Below are positions 25,024-40,535 of a stretch of DNA of 64,000 bases, piece after piece. This DNA comes from Octopus sinensis (taxonomy: Eukaryota): contig NC_043003.1 of NCBI RefSeq assembly GCF_006345805.1, positions 102,300,001 through 102,364,000 of the forward strand, read 5' to 3'. The position numbers and the translations under genes were made by a program. The stretch's first letter is position 1. Every line of letters starts with the position of its first letter. The notes under the pieces are model-generated. The model saw nothing but the letters and a program-made list of their open reading frames with translations, did not search any database and was not told the origin of the DNA.

Positions 25024-25333
25024 CAGCATTTCTCAAACAGGGTTCCCTGTAACCTTAGGGTTTGCAAAAGATTCTTAGGGGTTCCACAAGAAAGAGTGAG
25101 ATAAGCTAATGCTAATTACATGATCATAATATTACTATACATGCACAACATCATCCTATCTAACCTATTATGTTATCAAAAAGATATAACAACCATATAT
25201 ATATATATTTATATATATATATGATATCTAACACGTGAACTACAATGTATATAACTTTTTTTGTGCAAGGGTCCCATGAGACATGTAATTCATTTTAAGG
25301 GTTATGCAAGGGTAAAAAGGTTGAGAAATACTG
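25024..25333. mobile_element. hAT-superfamily MITE with perfect 8-bp target-site duplication
   Basis: TIRs CAGCATTTCTCAA / TTGAGAAATACTG flanked on both sides by CTGTAAAG (25016-25023, 25334-25341). Confidence 0.9.
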
Positions 25334-26779
25334 CTGTAAAGGCTGTATGTAAGACATGACATGGACAGCTGCAATAAGGACTACAAAGCTGTGGGCCTGC
25401 AGGAAGGCACTGTATTCTGACTGCATCCACATGCCACATCTTTGAAAAGGGCCTTAGGCTCAATTCAGATGGCTATGTGAAACTGCTGGAAACTGTGGTC
25501 ACCCTGGCTGAAGAAAGTTGCTGCTCAAAGGCCATATGTGTGGCAGCAGGATTCGGCTCCTTGCCATACCTCCAGAAAGAGTCAAAAGTGGTTGCTGGAG
25601 AATTTCTACAACTTCACTAGCCCCAATTTCTGGCCTTTAATTCTCCCAATTTTAATCTCATAATTTACTGTGTGTAGGGAGCAGTTGAGAAAGGCACCAA
25701 CACCAAGCTGGTGGCCAAGATCAAGGAGGTGTTAAAAGATCTTCCCAGGGACACAGTGAAGAATGCATGCATCAAGTTTTAGACCCATCTTGAGACTATG
25801 GTGGAAGCTGAGGGTGACTGCTTCAAGTAACCTGTTATCTCCTAGCCATAGTTCATATTTTTGATATTTTAAAATACTTTTATTTTTGTATGAGATATTT
25901 TGTTTTCTTTTCCTATTTATGCAAACTGTTGTGGAGGCGCAATAGCCCAGTGGTTAGTGCAGCGGACTCACAGTCGTAGAATCGCAGTTTCAATTCTCAT
26001 CCAGGCATTGTGACTGTTTATTGAGTGAAAACACCTAAAGCTCCACAAGGCTCCTGCAGGGAGTGGTGGTGAACCCTGCTGTACTCTTTCACCACAACTT
26101 TCTCTCACTCTTTCTTCCTGTTTCTGTTGTACCTGTATTTCAAAGGGCCAGCCTTGTCACACTCTGAGTCATGCTGAATCTCCCTGAGAACTACGTTAAG
26201 GGTATCTGTGTCTGTAGAATGCTCAGCCACTTGCATGTTAATAAATGAGCTGCAACGTCATTGGTGCCAAGCTGTATCGGCCTTTGCCTTTCCCTTAGAT
26301 AACACTGGTGGCATGGAGGGGGAGGCTGGTATGCATGGGCGACTGCTGGTCTTCTATAAACAACCTTGCCCGGACTTGTGCCTGGGAGGGTAACTTTCTC
26401 GGTGCAATCCCATGGGCATTCATGACAGAAGGGGGTTTTTACATTTTTTTTTATGTCATGGTTGTAAAACATGTGTCACTATCATACAAGCAATCTAATT
26501 TGTTTCCAGTCTTCCATGAGAAACGTGTCTGGCCATAGGCAAATATTTGGCAGTGGCTTTATCTCATATCCAAGACTGCATGGAGGACTAGGTTGGTTTT
26601 TGTCGAGCCTTTCTCTTATTAATAATGAGATTATTGTACACAGTGCTCAGGTGCACCACATCTTGTCAAAAGTGCGTATAAAGTATATGCAGTAATGTAC
26701 AAATGTCTGGAAAGCAAATAGTGCATGAGTCAGATACATGCTTGCGTGTGTATGGAGGGGGAGAAAATCAGGTGTAGTG

Positions 26780-27005
26780 TTGGCAAATCTCAGGAAGCAT
26801 GGAAATTTTGAAGGATGCAGTGCTCCAACAACTAACAACTGATGCAGGCAGTTTGTTCCATGCTTCAGCAACACTTAGCGTGAAAAAAATGTTTCCGAAA
26901 GTCATGGGAGCCGTGCTGTTTTCTGACCTTGTAAACATGTCCACGGGTGTTAGACAGGTGGAGTTTGAAAAGGTGCTGATCTGATCTACTAAAACTGGTG
27001 TCTGC
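26780..27005 (-). mobile_element. CR1/L2-like LINE 3' fragment
   Basis: ORF 26768-27007 ends GNIFFTLSVAEAWNKLPASVVSCWSTASFK, matching the FF..RV...WN.LP..VV....L.SFK C-terminal motif of CR1/L2 ORF2. Confidence 0.8.
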
Positions 27006-27799
27006 ATTAGTCACATGCACACACACACAAAAAGACTAAAAAGTCTAAAATAAAAAAAAAATTTTTAAAGCCTCCCTACTCATACTCACAGAGGCATGTG
27101 GCCCAGTAGTTAGGGTGTTGGACTCATGATCATAAAATTGCAGTTTCAATTCTTAGACCAGGTGATGTGTTGTGTTTTTGAGCAAAACACTTCATTTCAC
27201 ATTGCTTCAGTCCACTCAGCTGACAAAGGCGAGTAATCCTGCGATAGACTAGCATCCCATCCAGGTGGGGAATATATACACCATGAAACCAGGAAGCCAG
27301 CTCTTGTGTGTCAGCATGACTTGAAAAGGTAACTTTACCTTTACTTTTTTAGGGTCTTACACTCATGATCATAAGAACAGGGTTTCAGTTCCAAGACTGG
27401 GCAGTGTATTGTGTTCTTAAGGAAAACACTTCATTTCATGTTGTTCCATTTCCCTCAGCTGCAAATGAGTTCCAGCAATGACTGAGAAATTAACCCTGTG
27501 AGAGACTGGTGTCTTATCCAGGGAGGGAGTGTTGTTATCCCAGCCACTTACACTCTATGGAAACTGGGCTAAACTCCAGTGTTATGGGTCCTAGGGTTCA
27601 TAACAGACCTAAATAAATCTCATACACATATGTGCATAGAGCTTACATGTATGATAATAAGGTTATAAGATAGCAAGATGATGTAAAAGTGATTGGATTA
27701 ACAGACCACAAGTGTGATGAGCTAAATCCCAGCTTAGTAAAAGGCGAGATTTCATTCATTTCAGGTTTTTATTTACAATAGTGCAGCTTAGAGCAGCAT

Positions 27800-28131
27800 A
27801 AATCAATAGACAGGAATTGTATGTCGAGTGACAACAAGGGTTGGGTGGTGAATGTGGTGTTTGTGTCTGCATGTGGATATATGTGTGTGCATAAAGTAGC
27901 ACATATATGTGCATGTATGTGTGCGTGTGATGTGTGTGAGTGTGCATATATGTATATCTGACAGTATGTGTTTTGTGTGTGTGTGTTTGGCAGCACATAC
28001 AGGCATGTGTTTGAATATGTGTGTCAACATATGCATAGCTTTGTGTGTGTGTGAGTGCAAAAAGATGAGAATTGCCTGTATGATGTCTAGAAATAACATA
28101 TGTGTATGTGTGTACCACATATGCATGTGTG

Positions 28132-28172
<41 letters not shown>

Positions 28173-28332
28173 GCACAGATAAATGCACCAAAAATTATAT
28201 ACATATATAGAAAAGTAAAGAGGGAAGTGAAAAGGAGGTTAGGGTGGTGTGAGAAAGGAAAGAGAAAAGGAAAAGATGTTGAGAATGAGACAGAGAGGAT
28301 GAAACAGAAAAAGAAAGAAAAGTAAAAGTAGT

Positions 28333-28390
<58 letters not shown>

Positions 28391-30350
28391 AAGGTTCAAA
28401 CCAAAAGTGTGTATGCTACCAGTATGGGTGGGTGTGTCAAACATGCCCCTCCTACCAGTCAAAGAAGCAGATCACAAAATACAAGGGTGGAACAGTTTGT
28501 GTCGGTGAGGTAGTGGTTTGTAATCATGGAACAGAGATAGGGAAGTGAACTGTGAAGTATAGATAAAAAAATATAATTCTGTGTGGATGTGTGTGTGTGT
28601 GTGTATATGTGTGTGTGAATGTGTGAGTGCGTCTGTGTGTTTGTGAAAGAAAGATAGAGATGACAAGAATGTTGTGAGGGATTGTGGGAAGGTTGAGCAA
28701 AAGGGTTATATAGAAGAGTGGCAGTGGTGGTGGTTGTAGTAACAGTGAGAGAGATAGAGAGAGAGAGAGATAGGGAGAGAGAGCAGTCAATGTAAACATC
28801 ACCAGTGTCTTTACTAGATGAAGTAAAAGTACATACCTGTCACTTCTACTAGTATATCAAACATACACATGCACACACTCATTTACCGTGGTCTTTGTCT
28901 ACACACACACACATTTACATATACACACGTGTCTAGACAGACACACATAGATATACATATATACACTCTTATTGTGAACAGAAAGATAATTAACTTTTAA
29001 GCACATATACATACCTAGCTTAGAGTCTCTTTCTTTCTCTCTTACACTCTTCTCTCTTTCTCACCCTCTCTCTTACTCTCTCTCTCTCTCACATACAAAT
29101 ATAAAACCCATAGAAACACATGCAAACATGCATGCATACATACATACATACATACATACATACATACATACATACATACATACATACATACATACATACA
29201 TACATACATACATACATACATACATACATACATACATTCATACACACACACATACATGCGTACGAACTAGTCATAGCTAGACATGGTTCATGGTAATATA
29301 CATATTTATACACAATATCACAAGTAATACACAGTAATACGAAAGACATACTTACACACACATACACACTGATACCAACACAAACAGCTTACACATTTAG
29401 TAACACACATAAACACATATGCATACCCTTGTACATACAAACATATGAACACACATATGTATACATGTAAATAGATAGCTACTAACTGTCAGAGAACATA
29501 TATACATATATATATATATACACATACAGGCATACATACATACATACATATATACATACATGCATATATATATGCTTACATATATATATATCTATGTATG
29601 TATATATAATACACACACACACACACACTCACACACACGCACACACATACACACACACACACACACTCACACATATATACGAATAGTAAGAAATACTTAC
29701 AGACAGTGCCCTGGAGCTAAATGAAGACAAAACATAGCAAAAACACGCATGCACACATACACATATACACTCACAGACACATGCACACACAAACACACAT
29801 ACACGCAAACACATGCACACCTTCACATTGAGATTTTCATATAAGAGTGAACAATAATACAAACAGAAATATCAACATAGCTAACAACACACCCCAAAAT
29901 ATATATGCAAGCATATATGCAGACAGATCTACACATACAAATATATACCAAATGCTCATATATCATACATAGACACTCACATAGACACAGGGAGCCATAT
30001 AGTAAAACAGAAACACACACACACATGTAGTAATATACTAAAACACCCAGATACAGTGACACACCACATACCAAAACACACACATATACATATATGTATA
30101 ATGACATACAAAAACACATACATACAGACATAGATGTATTATAATCACATGCAAAACACACATACATGCACTGACATATACAGTAACAGTAAAACCTCAC
30201 ACATACGTAGACGTATTGATGCTTATAAAAACACTCAAATACAAACATTAACAGTAAAACACACACATGTAAAAGCAAACACACATATGGACACAAATGG
30301 TCACAGTGTAACACATACATAGATATACATACAAATGCACATATAAACTG
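27800..30350. repeat. Compound microsatellite/low-complexity block: degenerate (TG)n, (AG)n, (CATA)n, ~1.1 kb degenerate CA-rich tract
   Basis: Directly visible; source of several spurious long ORFs, including the 279-aa ORF. Confidence 0.9.
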
Positions 30351-31336
30351 ATGAGGTGGGGTGGAGGAGGAAAAGTAGAATGATGGAAGAAAGAAGCAAT
30401 TATCACCTGTGGTGTTCCTGTCCACCCCACCCCCTGCTACTGTCACCCCTCTCTCTCTCTCTCTCTCGAATCTCTGCAATAATAGCACTGCCATTTCTGA
30501 AACTATCTCCATGCTATATTGCACCTTGTTTAGGTGTGTTTGTGTGTGTGTGTGTGGAAATAAAAGAGACACATTCAGAGGTACATAAGGATAAAAATTA
30601 TCTGACTTCTCTGAACACACACATTCACACGCACACACACACATGCACATGCACAAATACATACAAACATAGTCAGAGCTTTGCTTTTATCTCAAATTAG
30701 TGCTTATGATGTGTAATATATACACACAAACACACACACATACATGCATTTATATATGTGTATGCATACATGCATGCACACACACACACATACACACACA
30801 CACACATATCATCATCATCGTTTTATCAGTCATTTCTGCATGCTTGGATGGGTTAGACAGAAATTGTTGAAGCAGATTTTTTTACAGCAGGATGCCCTTC
30901 CTGTTGCCAACCCTCACATGTTTCCAAGTTAGGTAATATTTTCTCCATGCCAAGACATGTTTTCAAGGAAGACTGAAAATGAAGGACATGGCTTGTAAGT
31001 CAGTGACACTTGACAGAATTGAAGATGACAGGCACATACATATATACATGAACCCATAGAGATACACACCCAAATGTAAATATGTATGTATACATGTGTA
31101 TGTGTGTGTGTGTGTGTATATATATACTCTTTTACTCTTTTACTTGTTTTAGTCATTTTGACTGTGGCCATGCTGGAGCACTGCCTTTAGTCAACCAAAT
31201 CGACCCCGGGACTTATTCTTTGTAAGCCCAGTACTTATTCTATCGGTCTCTTTTGTTGAACCGCTAATTGACGGGAACGTAAACACACCAGCATCGGTTG
31301 TCAAGCAATGCTAGGGGGACAAACACAGACACACAA

Positions 31337-31380
<44 letters not shown>

Positions 31381-32199
31381 GACAGGCTTCTTTCAGTTTT
31401 CATCTACCAAATCCACTCACAAGGCTTTGGTCGGCCCGGGGCTATAGCAGAAGACACTTGCCCAAGATGCCACGCAGTGGGACTGAACCTGGAACCATGT
31501 GGTTGGTTAGCAAGCTACTTACTACACAGCCACTCCTGCGCCTATATATATAATTTATTTAAATTGGCTGTGGTAATTTATTAACTGCAGATTAATTTCC
31601 GACCTCAGAGCGCCAAAGTGAAGACATTTGAAAAATACACCCAAATATAATTTGTAGAACTTTATACATGTTCAATTTCGGTTGAGCATTCTGTATCTAG
31701 TTCTGGAAATTGTGTTTTGTAAGTGACAGACTATGCTGATGATCTTGCAGATATTTGCATGTTTATATACGTAAATATTAACAAGTGAAACCATAGTACA
31801 TAGGTAATCGTTTTTCATTTCATATATTTTCATTTGTCTTGCATATTTTTACATTTTGGCATTTTGCTGAGATTTTTTTCTTGAGAACACATTCTTCGTG
31901 GTAATGACAATTTTATGTCTATGTTTAGCATATAGGGTGTCCACTGTAGTGGTCATTCCTCTAAATTTTGTATATATATATATATATATATATGGTAATG
32001 TAAACAAGAAAAATAGAACTCAAAATATGAGTATATGTATATTTTTATTAATGTTTAGCAGAAGCAACGGAGTGATTCAAGGGCTGAGAGTTTTATGCGT
32101 TGGCACTCATCAAAGTTTGACAAGTGCCGACACATGAAACTCTTGGACCTTGTGTCATTCTGTTACTTCTACTAAACATTAATATGTATATAGATATAC

Positions 32200-32251
<52 letters not shown>

Positions 32252-33185
32252 TGTGTGTGTGTGTGTGTATGCGTGTGTGGCTATGTGTGTGTGTAATTAT
32301 TTATTTAATAAACACAATATATATTTTTATGAGCCACTAATAGTTTCAGGTGATGAAGACGTCTCAGACAGCATTTTTTAGCATATCAGGGTATAGCTTT
32401 TATCTTCTCTTTTTTTTACTTGTTTCAGTCATTTTGGTGCAGCCATGTTGGGACACCACCATTTTAAGTTTTAGTCAAACAAATCAACTCCCCGATTTCT
32501 TTTTTAAGCCTGGTGCTTATTCTATCAGTTTCTTTTTGCCAAACCTCTAAGTTATGGGGACATAGACAAACAAACATCAGTTTTTAAGCAGTGGTGGGAA
32601 ACAAACACAGACCTAAAGATACACACATGTAGACACACTCACACATATACAACAGGCTTCTTTCAAACATATATATATATATATATTTGCATATATACAT
32701 ATATGTGTATATATAAATGTTTTTTATCATAAATTAATTTAGCATTTTCTACCTTGACTTATTTTCCTTATATATATATATATATATATATATATCATCA
32801 TCGTTTAACATCCACTTTCCATGCTAGCATGGGTTGGACGGTTTGACTATGGGCTGGCGAACCAGATGGCTGCACCAGGCTCCAGTCTTGATCTGGCAGA
32901 GTTTCTACAGCTGGATGCCATTCCTAACGCCAACCACTCTGAGAGTGTAGTGGGTGCTTTTACGTACCACTGGCACGGGGGCCAGTCAGGCGGTACTGGC
33001 AACGACCTCGCTCAAATTTTTTTTGTTACACATGCCAACGGCACAGGTGCCAGTAAGGTGTTGCTGGTAACGATCCCACTTAAATGGTGCCTCCTACATG
33101 CCACCGGCATGGAAGCCAGTTAGCCGCTCTGGCAACAATCATGCTCAGATGGTGCTCTAAACACCCTACTAGCACAGGGCACAAG

Positions 33186-33223
<38 letters not shown>

Positions 33224-33244
33224 TATATATATATACATATATAT

Positions 33245-33970
33245 ACCATGCCAGGGCAACTGATACCAGGACAGCTCAATCCTGGACAACTCATGTCAGG
33301 CAACTCATACCTGGACAATTGATATCTAGGACAACTGATATACAGGACAACTAATAACAGGTATAAAGAGATAAAGATTTTTTGAAAGAAATTTTGTTGT
33401 GTGTGTGCACGCATGCATGTGTGTGTGCGTGTGTGTGTGTGAGTTCACAGAGAGTCTGTATTCAACATGTTTGAGTTTGTGCCAGGGCAACTGATAATAG
33501 GACAACTCATAACAGGTATAAAGTGATAAAGATTTAATTTTGAAAGAAAAATCAAGAATAAAATAACTGCACTCATCACACACATGCACAAACACACATA
33601 CATACACACACACACAAATACACACAACACATGCATACACACAAATACACACTGCACACCACACACACATACATACACCACACACACACAAATACACACC
33701 ACAAACACACACAGAAATATACACCACACACACTACACACAAGACACACCACACACAGACACAAATACATATGACACACATCTCACACATACACACACAT
33801 ACACACACATAAACACACACACACACACCACACATGCAAAATTTCTTTCAAAACTAAATCTTTATCTCTTTATACCTGTTATCAGTTGTCCTAGATATCA
33901 ATTGTCCTATATATCAGTTGTCCTAGATATTAATTGTCCAAGTATGAGTTGTCTGACATGAGTTGTTCTG
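33245..33970. mobile_element. Foldback-like element whose inverted arms are built from short GGACAACT subrepeats
   Basis: Left arm 33245-33395, inverted right arm 33838-33970, a third direct partial arm at ~33480-33560, CA-rich spacer. Confidence 0.7.
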
Positions 33971-35195
33971 AAGCATCAAGGATATCCAGTGGTAATGCAG
34001 TTCAATCGTTTCAAGCAACTCCATTTAATTGAATAATGCAATCATTACATCAATTTAAATGCAGAGCAATCGTTAGCTGCATAAATACACAGAATTAAAT
34101 TAAATTAAAACAGATGGACACATTAGTATACTTTTACCTAAAACCTCCAAGAAGGTAAGGAGATAGTCAAAGAACATGCTGTCTTCACTTCAGCTTAGAA
34201 GCTACTAAGGTATCAGGAAGAAAGACTTGTTACAGATCTAGCTTGTCACTGTTTTATGGGGTCAGTTTTAATTTATAGTCTTGTTCATCAAATCTTTGTC
34301 TATCAAAATCTAAGGCCAAAGAACAAGGAGCAATGTCTGTTAGGAAAGAGGCTGAGGGAGTTGACAGAAATCATGGTGAGTATAGTCATAAAACTATCAA
34401 GATTAATTTGAAGCAATATAATGGGATTTGGTAAAGGAAATCTTAAATCAGGACGATAGCTGACAATTAAAGAGGTGAGACCCTAGTAAACCAATGATGA
34501 TAATACAGGGGAAATTTTATCATGGGGTACTATAGTTAAATATTTTAAACAATATTGCCATATTGTATAAAGTTAAAATTTAGGGTTATTCAGAAGATTT
34601 TAAAAAATATTATAACAAGAGGATAAAATTGTTTTGAATACTTTTGAGTATATACCAAATTTTACCACAATAGAGGGAGGAAAAGAAATTACATAGAAGT
34701 AGTTTAATATTTATACATATTATATACTTAAATATCAACTTTATTAGATGGTATCTTTTGAGATTGATCATTGGTATTTACTGGTATTAAATAAAGGAGT
34801 ACTGAGGCAAAAGAACATACTAACTATATATTAATTAAATTATAATCTAAGCAGTTTATTTTAAGTAGTGAAGATACTGGTATTGTTTTATATAAGCTAA
34901 GTATGAATATATAGGGGTACAAAAATGAAATTTATTTAATAAATAAAGGTTATTATATATGTGTGTGTGTGCGTATTTGCTTGTGTGTGTGTGATGGACT
35001 CTCCCATCAGTTTTAACATATGAAGATCTGACAACCTGCACTTTCTTTGTCAGTCATAATGCTTATGTTAAATTGAGTCTCACCAACGATTTGCAAAGAA
35101 GCCCACAGATGCTGCAAGTATAAGGATTATGGTTCAGTGCAGGCAGTATATTTGCAGCCACTTTTCACCTTTGTCTTGCACCCCTTGGCCTCATA

Positions 35196-35233
<38 letters not shown>

Positions 35234-35353
35234 GAATAATATATATATATATATAGTATATATATATAAATATGAATAAAATATGAATTATACTGTGAAA
35301 TTTGATTTAATAGTAGATTGAATTTTTCCCTGTAAGTTTGGAGTTATACTCCC

Positions 35354-35390
<37 letters not shown>

Positions 35391-35916
35391 ATGTATATAT
35401 TTTTATACATACACACATACATACACACACATACACGTACACACACACGATAGACTTTTTTCAGTTTACATTCACCAAATTCATTAACAAGGTTTTGATT
35501 CAGTGGGGCTGGACCCAAAGCCAAATCGGTGGAAAGCAAACATCTTAGCCACTCGTGTATGGATGTATGAAAGTGTTTGGTCTAGTGCTTAGGGTTTTGG
35601 TTTCACAATGATCATTGGCTCAGTTCCTGGACCAGCAAGCGCATTATTTCCTTGAGCAAGACACTTCATTTTGCTTCACTTTCAGCTTATTCACTCCAAA
35701 ATAAGTAACATAGTCCAGTGCAGTTCTCTTCCAATCCAGCGATCTCATCTTTGATATCCTGTTGGATGAAGACTGTAGAGCTTAGAGAGTTCTATGTCTG
35801 CTCGTGATTAAATAGGTACCAAAAACTGCGAGACAAACCATGGTACATGCAACCAAATCATACTGGCTTGCATGTGATGGCTAAGCTTTTTCCGATTGCA
35901 CATGCATATGTGTGTG

Positions 35917-35949
<33 letters not shown>

Positions 35950-36559
35950 ATGTGTGTGTGTCTGTGTGGTGATCGTTACCAACGTCGCTTCACTGGCACC
36001 TGTGCTGGTGGCACATGTAAAAAGAGTCGAGCAAGATCATTGCCAGTACTGCCTGACTGGATCCCGTGCCGGTGGCATGTAAAAAGCACCCACTACACTC
36101 TTGGAGTGGTTGGCGTTAGGAAGGGCATCCAGCTGTAGAAACTCTGCCAGATGAAGATTGGAGCTTGGTGCTGCCATCAGGTTCGCCAGCCCCCAGTCAA
36201 AATCGTCCAACCCATGCTAGCATGGAAAACAGACGTTAAGCAATGATGATGATGATGACATAGCTGCTCTCTTGTCTCCAGGGTCATGACACATTTTCTT
36301 AATGGGATGTCAATTCTGGAGAATTGAAGATTGCTTGATAATATATCTCCTTATTGTTCAAAGTTGGTTACCACATTTGCTGTTAGGCATTTGCTTATCT
36401 TCTGTTGAAGTGAAGACAACTTTCAAGAGATGAAAAATTTATCTTGTATAGTGTTTCATAAATCATTCATGCAAAGAATGACAACAAAGAATGGTTAACA
36501 AATAGAAGTATTTCTCCTTTTTAAAATCTATGTATGTGTGTGTAGACATCAGTGAATGA

Positions 36560-36800
36560 GTGACATCAGTGATGGGTCCATCTTCCGACAGGTAACTGTA
36601 AGTATTATGATAAGTTTTGGCTCCCTATACTTTAGGATCTCTGATGGCTGTTATTCACTCCTGAGAATTTCCAATCTTTGAGCATGTGCACTTTCTCTTC
36701 AACTCCCTCCTAGAAAATTGGAGTATCTCCATGTTCTCTGTTATTCTTGTTGCTGTTAAAATTGTTGAGAATGTTGCTGTCATGATGGATATTTAATGCT
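36560..36800 (-). mobile_element. RTE-like LINE remnant (start of RT domain), heavily decayed
   Basis: GVEEKVHMLKDWKFSGVNN and SEILKYREPKLIIILTVTCRKM in shifted frames resemble EEV..A..LK..KSPG.D.I..E.LK of RTE RT. Confidence 0.55.
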
Positions 36801-36884
36801 ATACATTCTGAAAAATATACCCACTCTACTGAGAGATATATGAGTGCATCTTTTCCCTGACTTATGGTCTCTTAGATGACTCAT

Positions 36885-37240
<356 letters not shown>

Positions 37241-38612
37241 TATACAACAGTCTTTTTTCAGATTCTACCAACTCTATTCACAAGGCTTTGGTTGGCCTGA
37301 GGCTATAGTAGAAGACACTTGCCCAAGGTGCCACACAATGGGTTTGAGCCTAGAATCATGTGGTTGGGAAGCAAACTTCTCACCACACAGCCACTTTGAG
37401 AAAGTATGAAAAAAATCCTCTTAAAGGGGGAATCTGTGAGTAGATATAGTTATAAACAATACCATTAAGTTATATAAGGGTAAAAAAACCTATTGGATGG
37501 TAAAAAATGGCTGAAGGAACATGAACTTGGATCTGCTGTACTCAATGTAAACAGATTTACTTTCTTTTCAGAACAAAGCATCTAATTTGATGAAAGACGG
37601 TCTGAAGACTAATATAATCATTAATATGTCTGCCAAGAGAGTAGATGATGCAGGTTCAAGTCCTTAGGTAGCTTTCAACCTTTTGTCCCATCCCTGATGA
37701 TTTTTAACCTAGTATATTACATGCTAACATAACTGCAGTCGGGTGGTGAGCCAACTGAATTATTAGCATGCTGGGCAAAATGGTCAGTGGTATTTCATCT
37801 GTCTTCACATTCTGAGTTCAAATTCCACTGAGGTCGACTTTGCCTTTCATCCTCATAGGATTGATGAAATAAGTACTAATTTAGTACTGGGGTTGATGTA
37901 ATCGATGTACTCCTTCACCCAAACTTGCTGGCCTTGACTATTAAACTGATTGACCAATAAACTGATTTATTACATGTATATGAGTACTTTAGTTTCAGGT
38001 AAATTTTGACAGACAAGCAACCATGGCTGTGTGGTAAGTAGTTTACTTCCCAACCACATGGTTTTGAGTTCAGTTGCACTATGTGGAACCCTGGACTAGT
38101 GTCTTCCACTATAGCTTTGGGCTGACTAAAATCTTGTATACGTAGTTTAAAAGTGTTTAGTTACAAAGAAATTATTTTTAAAATCTGCCGGTCAAAGCGA
38201 AAAGATCCCTGAATTGTTGTTATTTATCGCTAAAATTGTTTAAATTCTATTTTATTTGACAAAATGCCTCAAATGCAAGACTCTATGTAATAGTGTTGAG
38301 TCACTCAATTAATGAACCAATCAGCCCTTTAAAATATTTATCTGTCTATTTATTCAGTTAATTACTTTTAATGTTATTAAGCTAAAAGTGGAATGAAGGG
38401 AGGTAACTCTGGGTTATTAAGGTCTAATTAGAATAACACTCAAAAATTTAGGTCCATTATTCAATCAATCAATCAACTGATTAATTAATTAATCAGTTAA
38501 TTTATTGGTTCTGTAATTGGGTTGCATATCAATGCCTGTACCTATATACATACATATGTATATACAATATTTATATATATATATACACATACATACATAT
38601 ATATATATGCAA

Positions 38613-38665
<53 letters not shown>

Positions 38666-38828
38666 TGCACATAGATACATATATACACACATAATTAAAT
38701 GTAAATTATAAGCTAGTCAATGTCTATAAAAATAACCATCCAACCCATGCTAGCATGGAAAACGGACGTTAAATGATAATGATGATGATGATATACATAC
38801 ATACATGCATATATATATATACATGTAT

Positions 38829-38866
<38 letters not shown>

Positions 38867-39254
38867 TTCCTCATTTATATACCTTTTCATTCCTACATAA
38901 TTACAATAATCTGAAGATAAATTGATTATTTAAATTCCACTATTACTTTTCGTTTGATAATTTTCTCTTTCCTCTGTTTATACTTTGTCTAATGAGAATA
39001 ATATAATACACCTAATAATAATAATAATTGATTCCTTTGTATACATATACATATATATATAAATGTATAGCTATGTATTTGTGTATATGTATGTATATGT
39101 AAAAATGTGTATATATGAATGTATTTATATTTATAATTTAACCTTATGAACTTTCTAAACTTTCTTACGAAGCCCAGAGGCACACCCAAGTACCTTAATC
39201 TTATCTACCAAATACTTCAGTTCACTGAAGGGATGGAAGTAAAGTGGGGTACTA

Positions 39255-40535
39255 CGAGGGGTGTTTGAAAAGTTTTGAGCCTAACCTAGAAATGGGGCTG
39301 CTAGGTAGCTGAAACAATTTTTTCTGGTAAGTACAGTCTTTTCAGAGTATTCTTGCTCGTTTTCATGATTCTGATATTTTAATTTTTTTTTGTTACAGAT
39401 TTTTGAATAAACAAGTGTCAAGGTTACAAGGAAAATGGAGAAAACTGAGTATCGTACTGTCATAAAGTACTTTCATTTGAAAGGCATGACTCCATCAGAC
39501 ATCCATGAAGATAAGGTGAGAACCGTAACAGACAATGCTCCTTCATATGCAACAGTCAAACGCTGGGTAAATGAATTCAAATGTGGCAGGGAGAGTGTGG
39601 AAGATAATCCCACACCAGGGAGGCCTCCAACTGCAACCACCAAGGACAACCTTGACCTTGCTCTTGGTATGATCATCAAATATCATGTCGCCAAATAGCT
39701 GAGAGACTGGACATCTCAAATGAAAGAGCTAACAGCATTGTGACAAAAGAACTTGGATTCTCAAAGGTTTCTGCAGGGTGGGTCCTTCGCCTTTTAACTC
39801 CTGAACAGAAACGCATTAGATGCACTTTGTCCACAAGCAATCTGTAACTGTTTGAAGCCGATGGAGAGAATTTTCTTGCTCATTTCATTACTATGGATGA
39901 AAGTTGGGTCCATCAGCCTGAAACCAAAGAACAATCAAAGCAGTGGAAGCATACATCTTCTCCTACCCCAAAGAAGGTCAGGGTCATTCCTTCAGCTGGA
40001 AAGGTCATGGTGTCTGTTTTTTTGGATTCTCAAGGTGCCTTGCTGATCAATTACCTTGAAAAGGGTCACACCATGACAGGGCTGTATTATTCTCAGCTAC
40101 TGAAATGCCCCCGAGAAGTAATCAAAGAAAAAAGGCCGGGAATGCTCACCAGAGGAGTCCTTTTTTCATCACAACAATGCTCCAGCCCATTCGTCAGTGG
40201 TTGCCATGGCAACAATTCGTATTTGTGGATACGAACTTGTTTCCCATCTGCCTTATTCACCAGACTTATCCACCTCTGACTTTCATCTATTCCCCAAAAT
40301 GAAAAAAAAGCCCTGGCTGATCACCATTTTGCCAGTGACAATGACGTCATAGACGCTGTAGGAAGTTTCTTGGAGTCACAAACAGAAGGGTTCTTCTACG
40401 CTGGGATAATGGCACTTTAGCACCGCTGGAAAAAGTGTTCAGCCATCGAGGGGGACTCTGTTGAAAAATAAATCATCAGAAGTCTTGTACCATGTTTTGT
40501 TCTTTTGAGGCTCAAGATTTTTCAGACACCCCTCG
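39255..40535 (+). mobile_element. Full-length mariner (DD34D) transposon, transposase pseudogenised
   Basis: 28-bp TIRs CGAGGGGTGTTTGAAAAGTTTTGAGCCT (3 mismatches), TA duplication at 39253-54 and 40536-37. Transposase from 39435 (MEKTEYRTVIKYFHLKG...), with MDESWVH, SAGKVMVSVF and HLPYSPDL-like motifs broken by frameshifts. Confidence 0.95.

Noticed and set aside
29823-30662. 279-aa ORF and the many other C/V/Y/I/H/T-rich ORFs
   Set aside because: Translations of (TG)n, (CA)n and (TA)n tracts, which lack stop codons in some frames; no domain content or splice support.
36560-36807. Strong acceptor (tttttcag) and unique-looking sequence as a cassette exon in the 25-kb intron
   Set aside because: Phase-0 reading stops at the third codon, and the sequence fits a decayed RTE reverse transcriptase.
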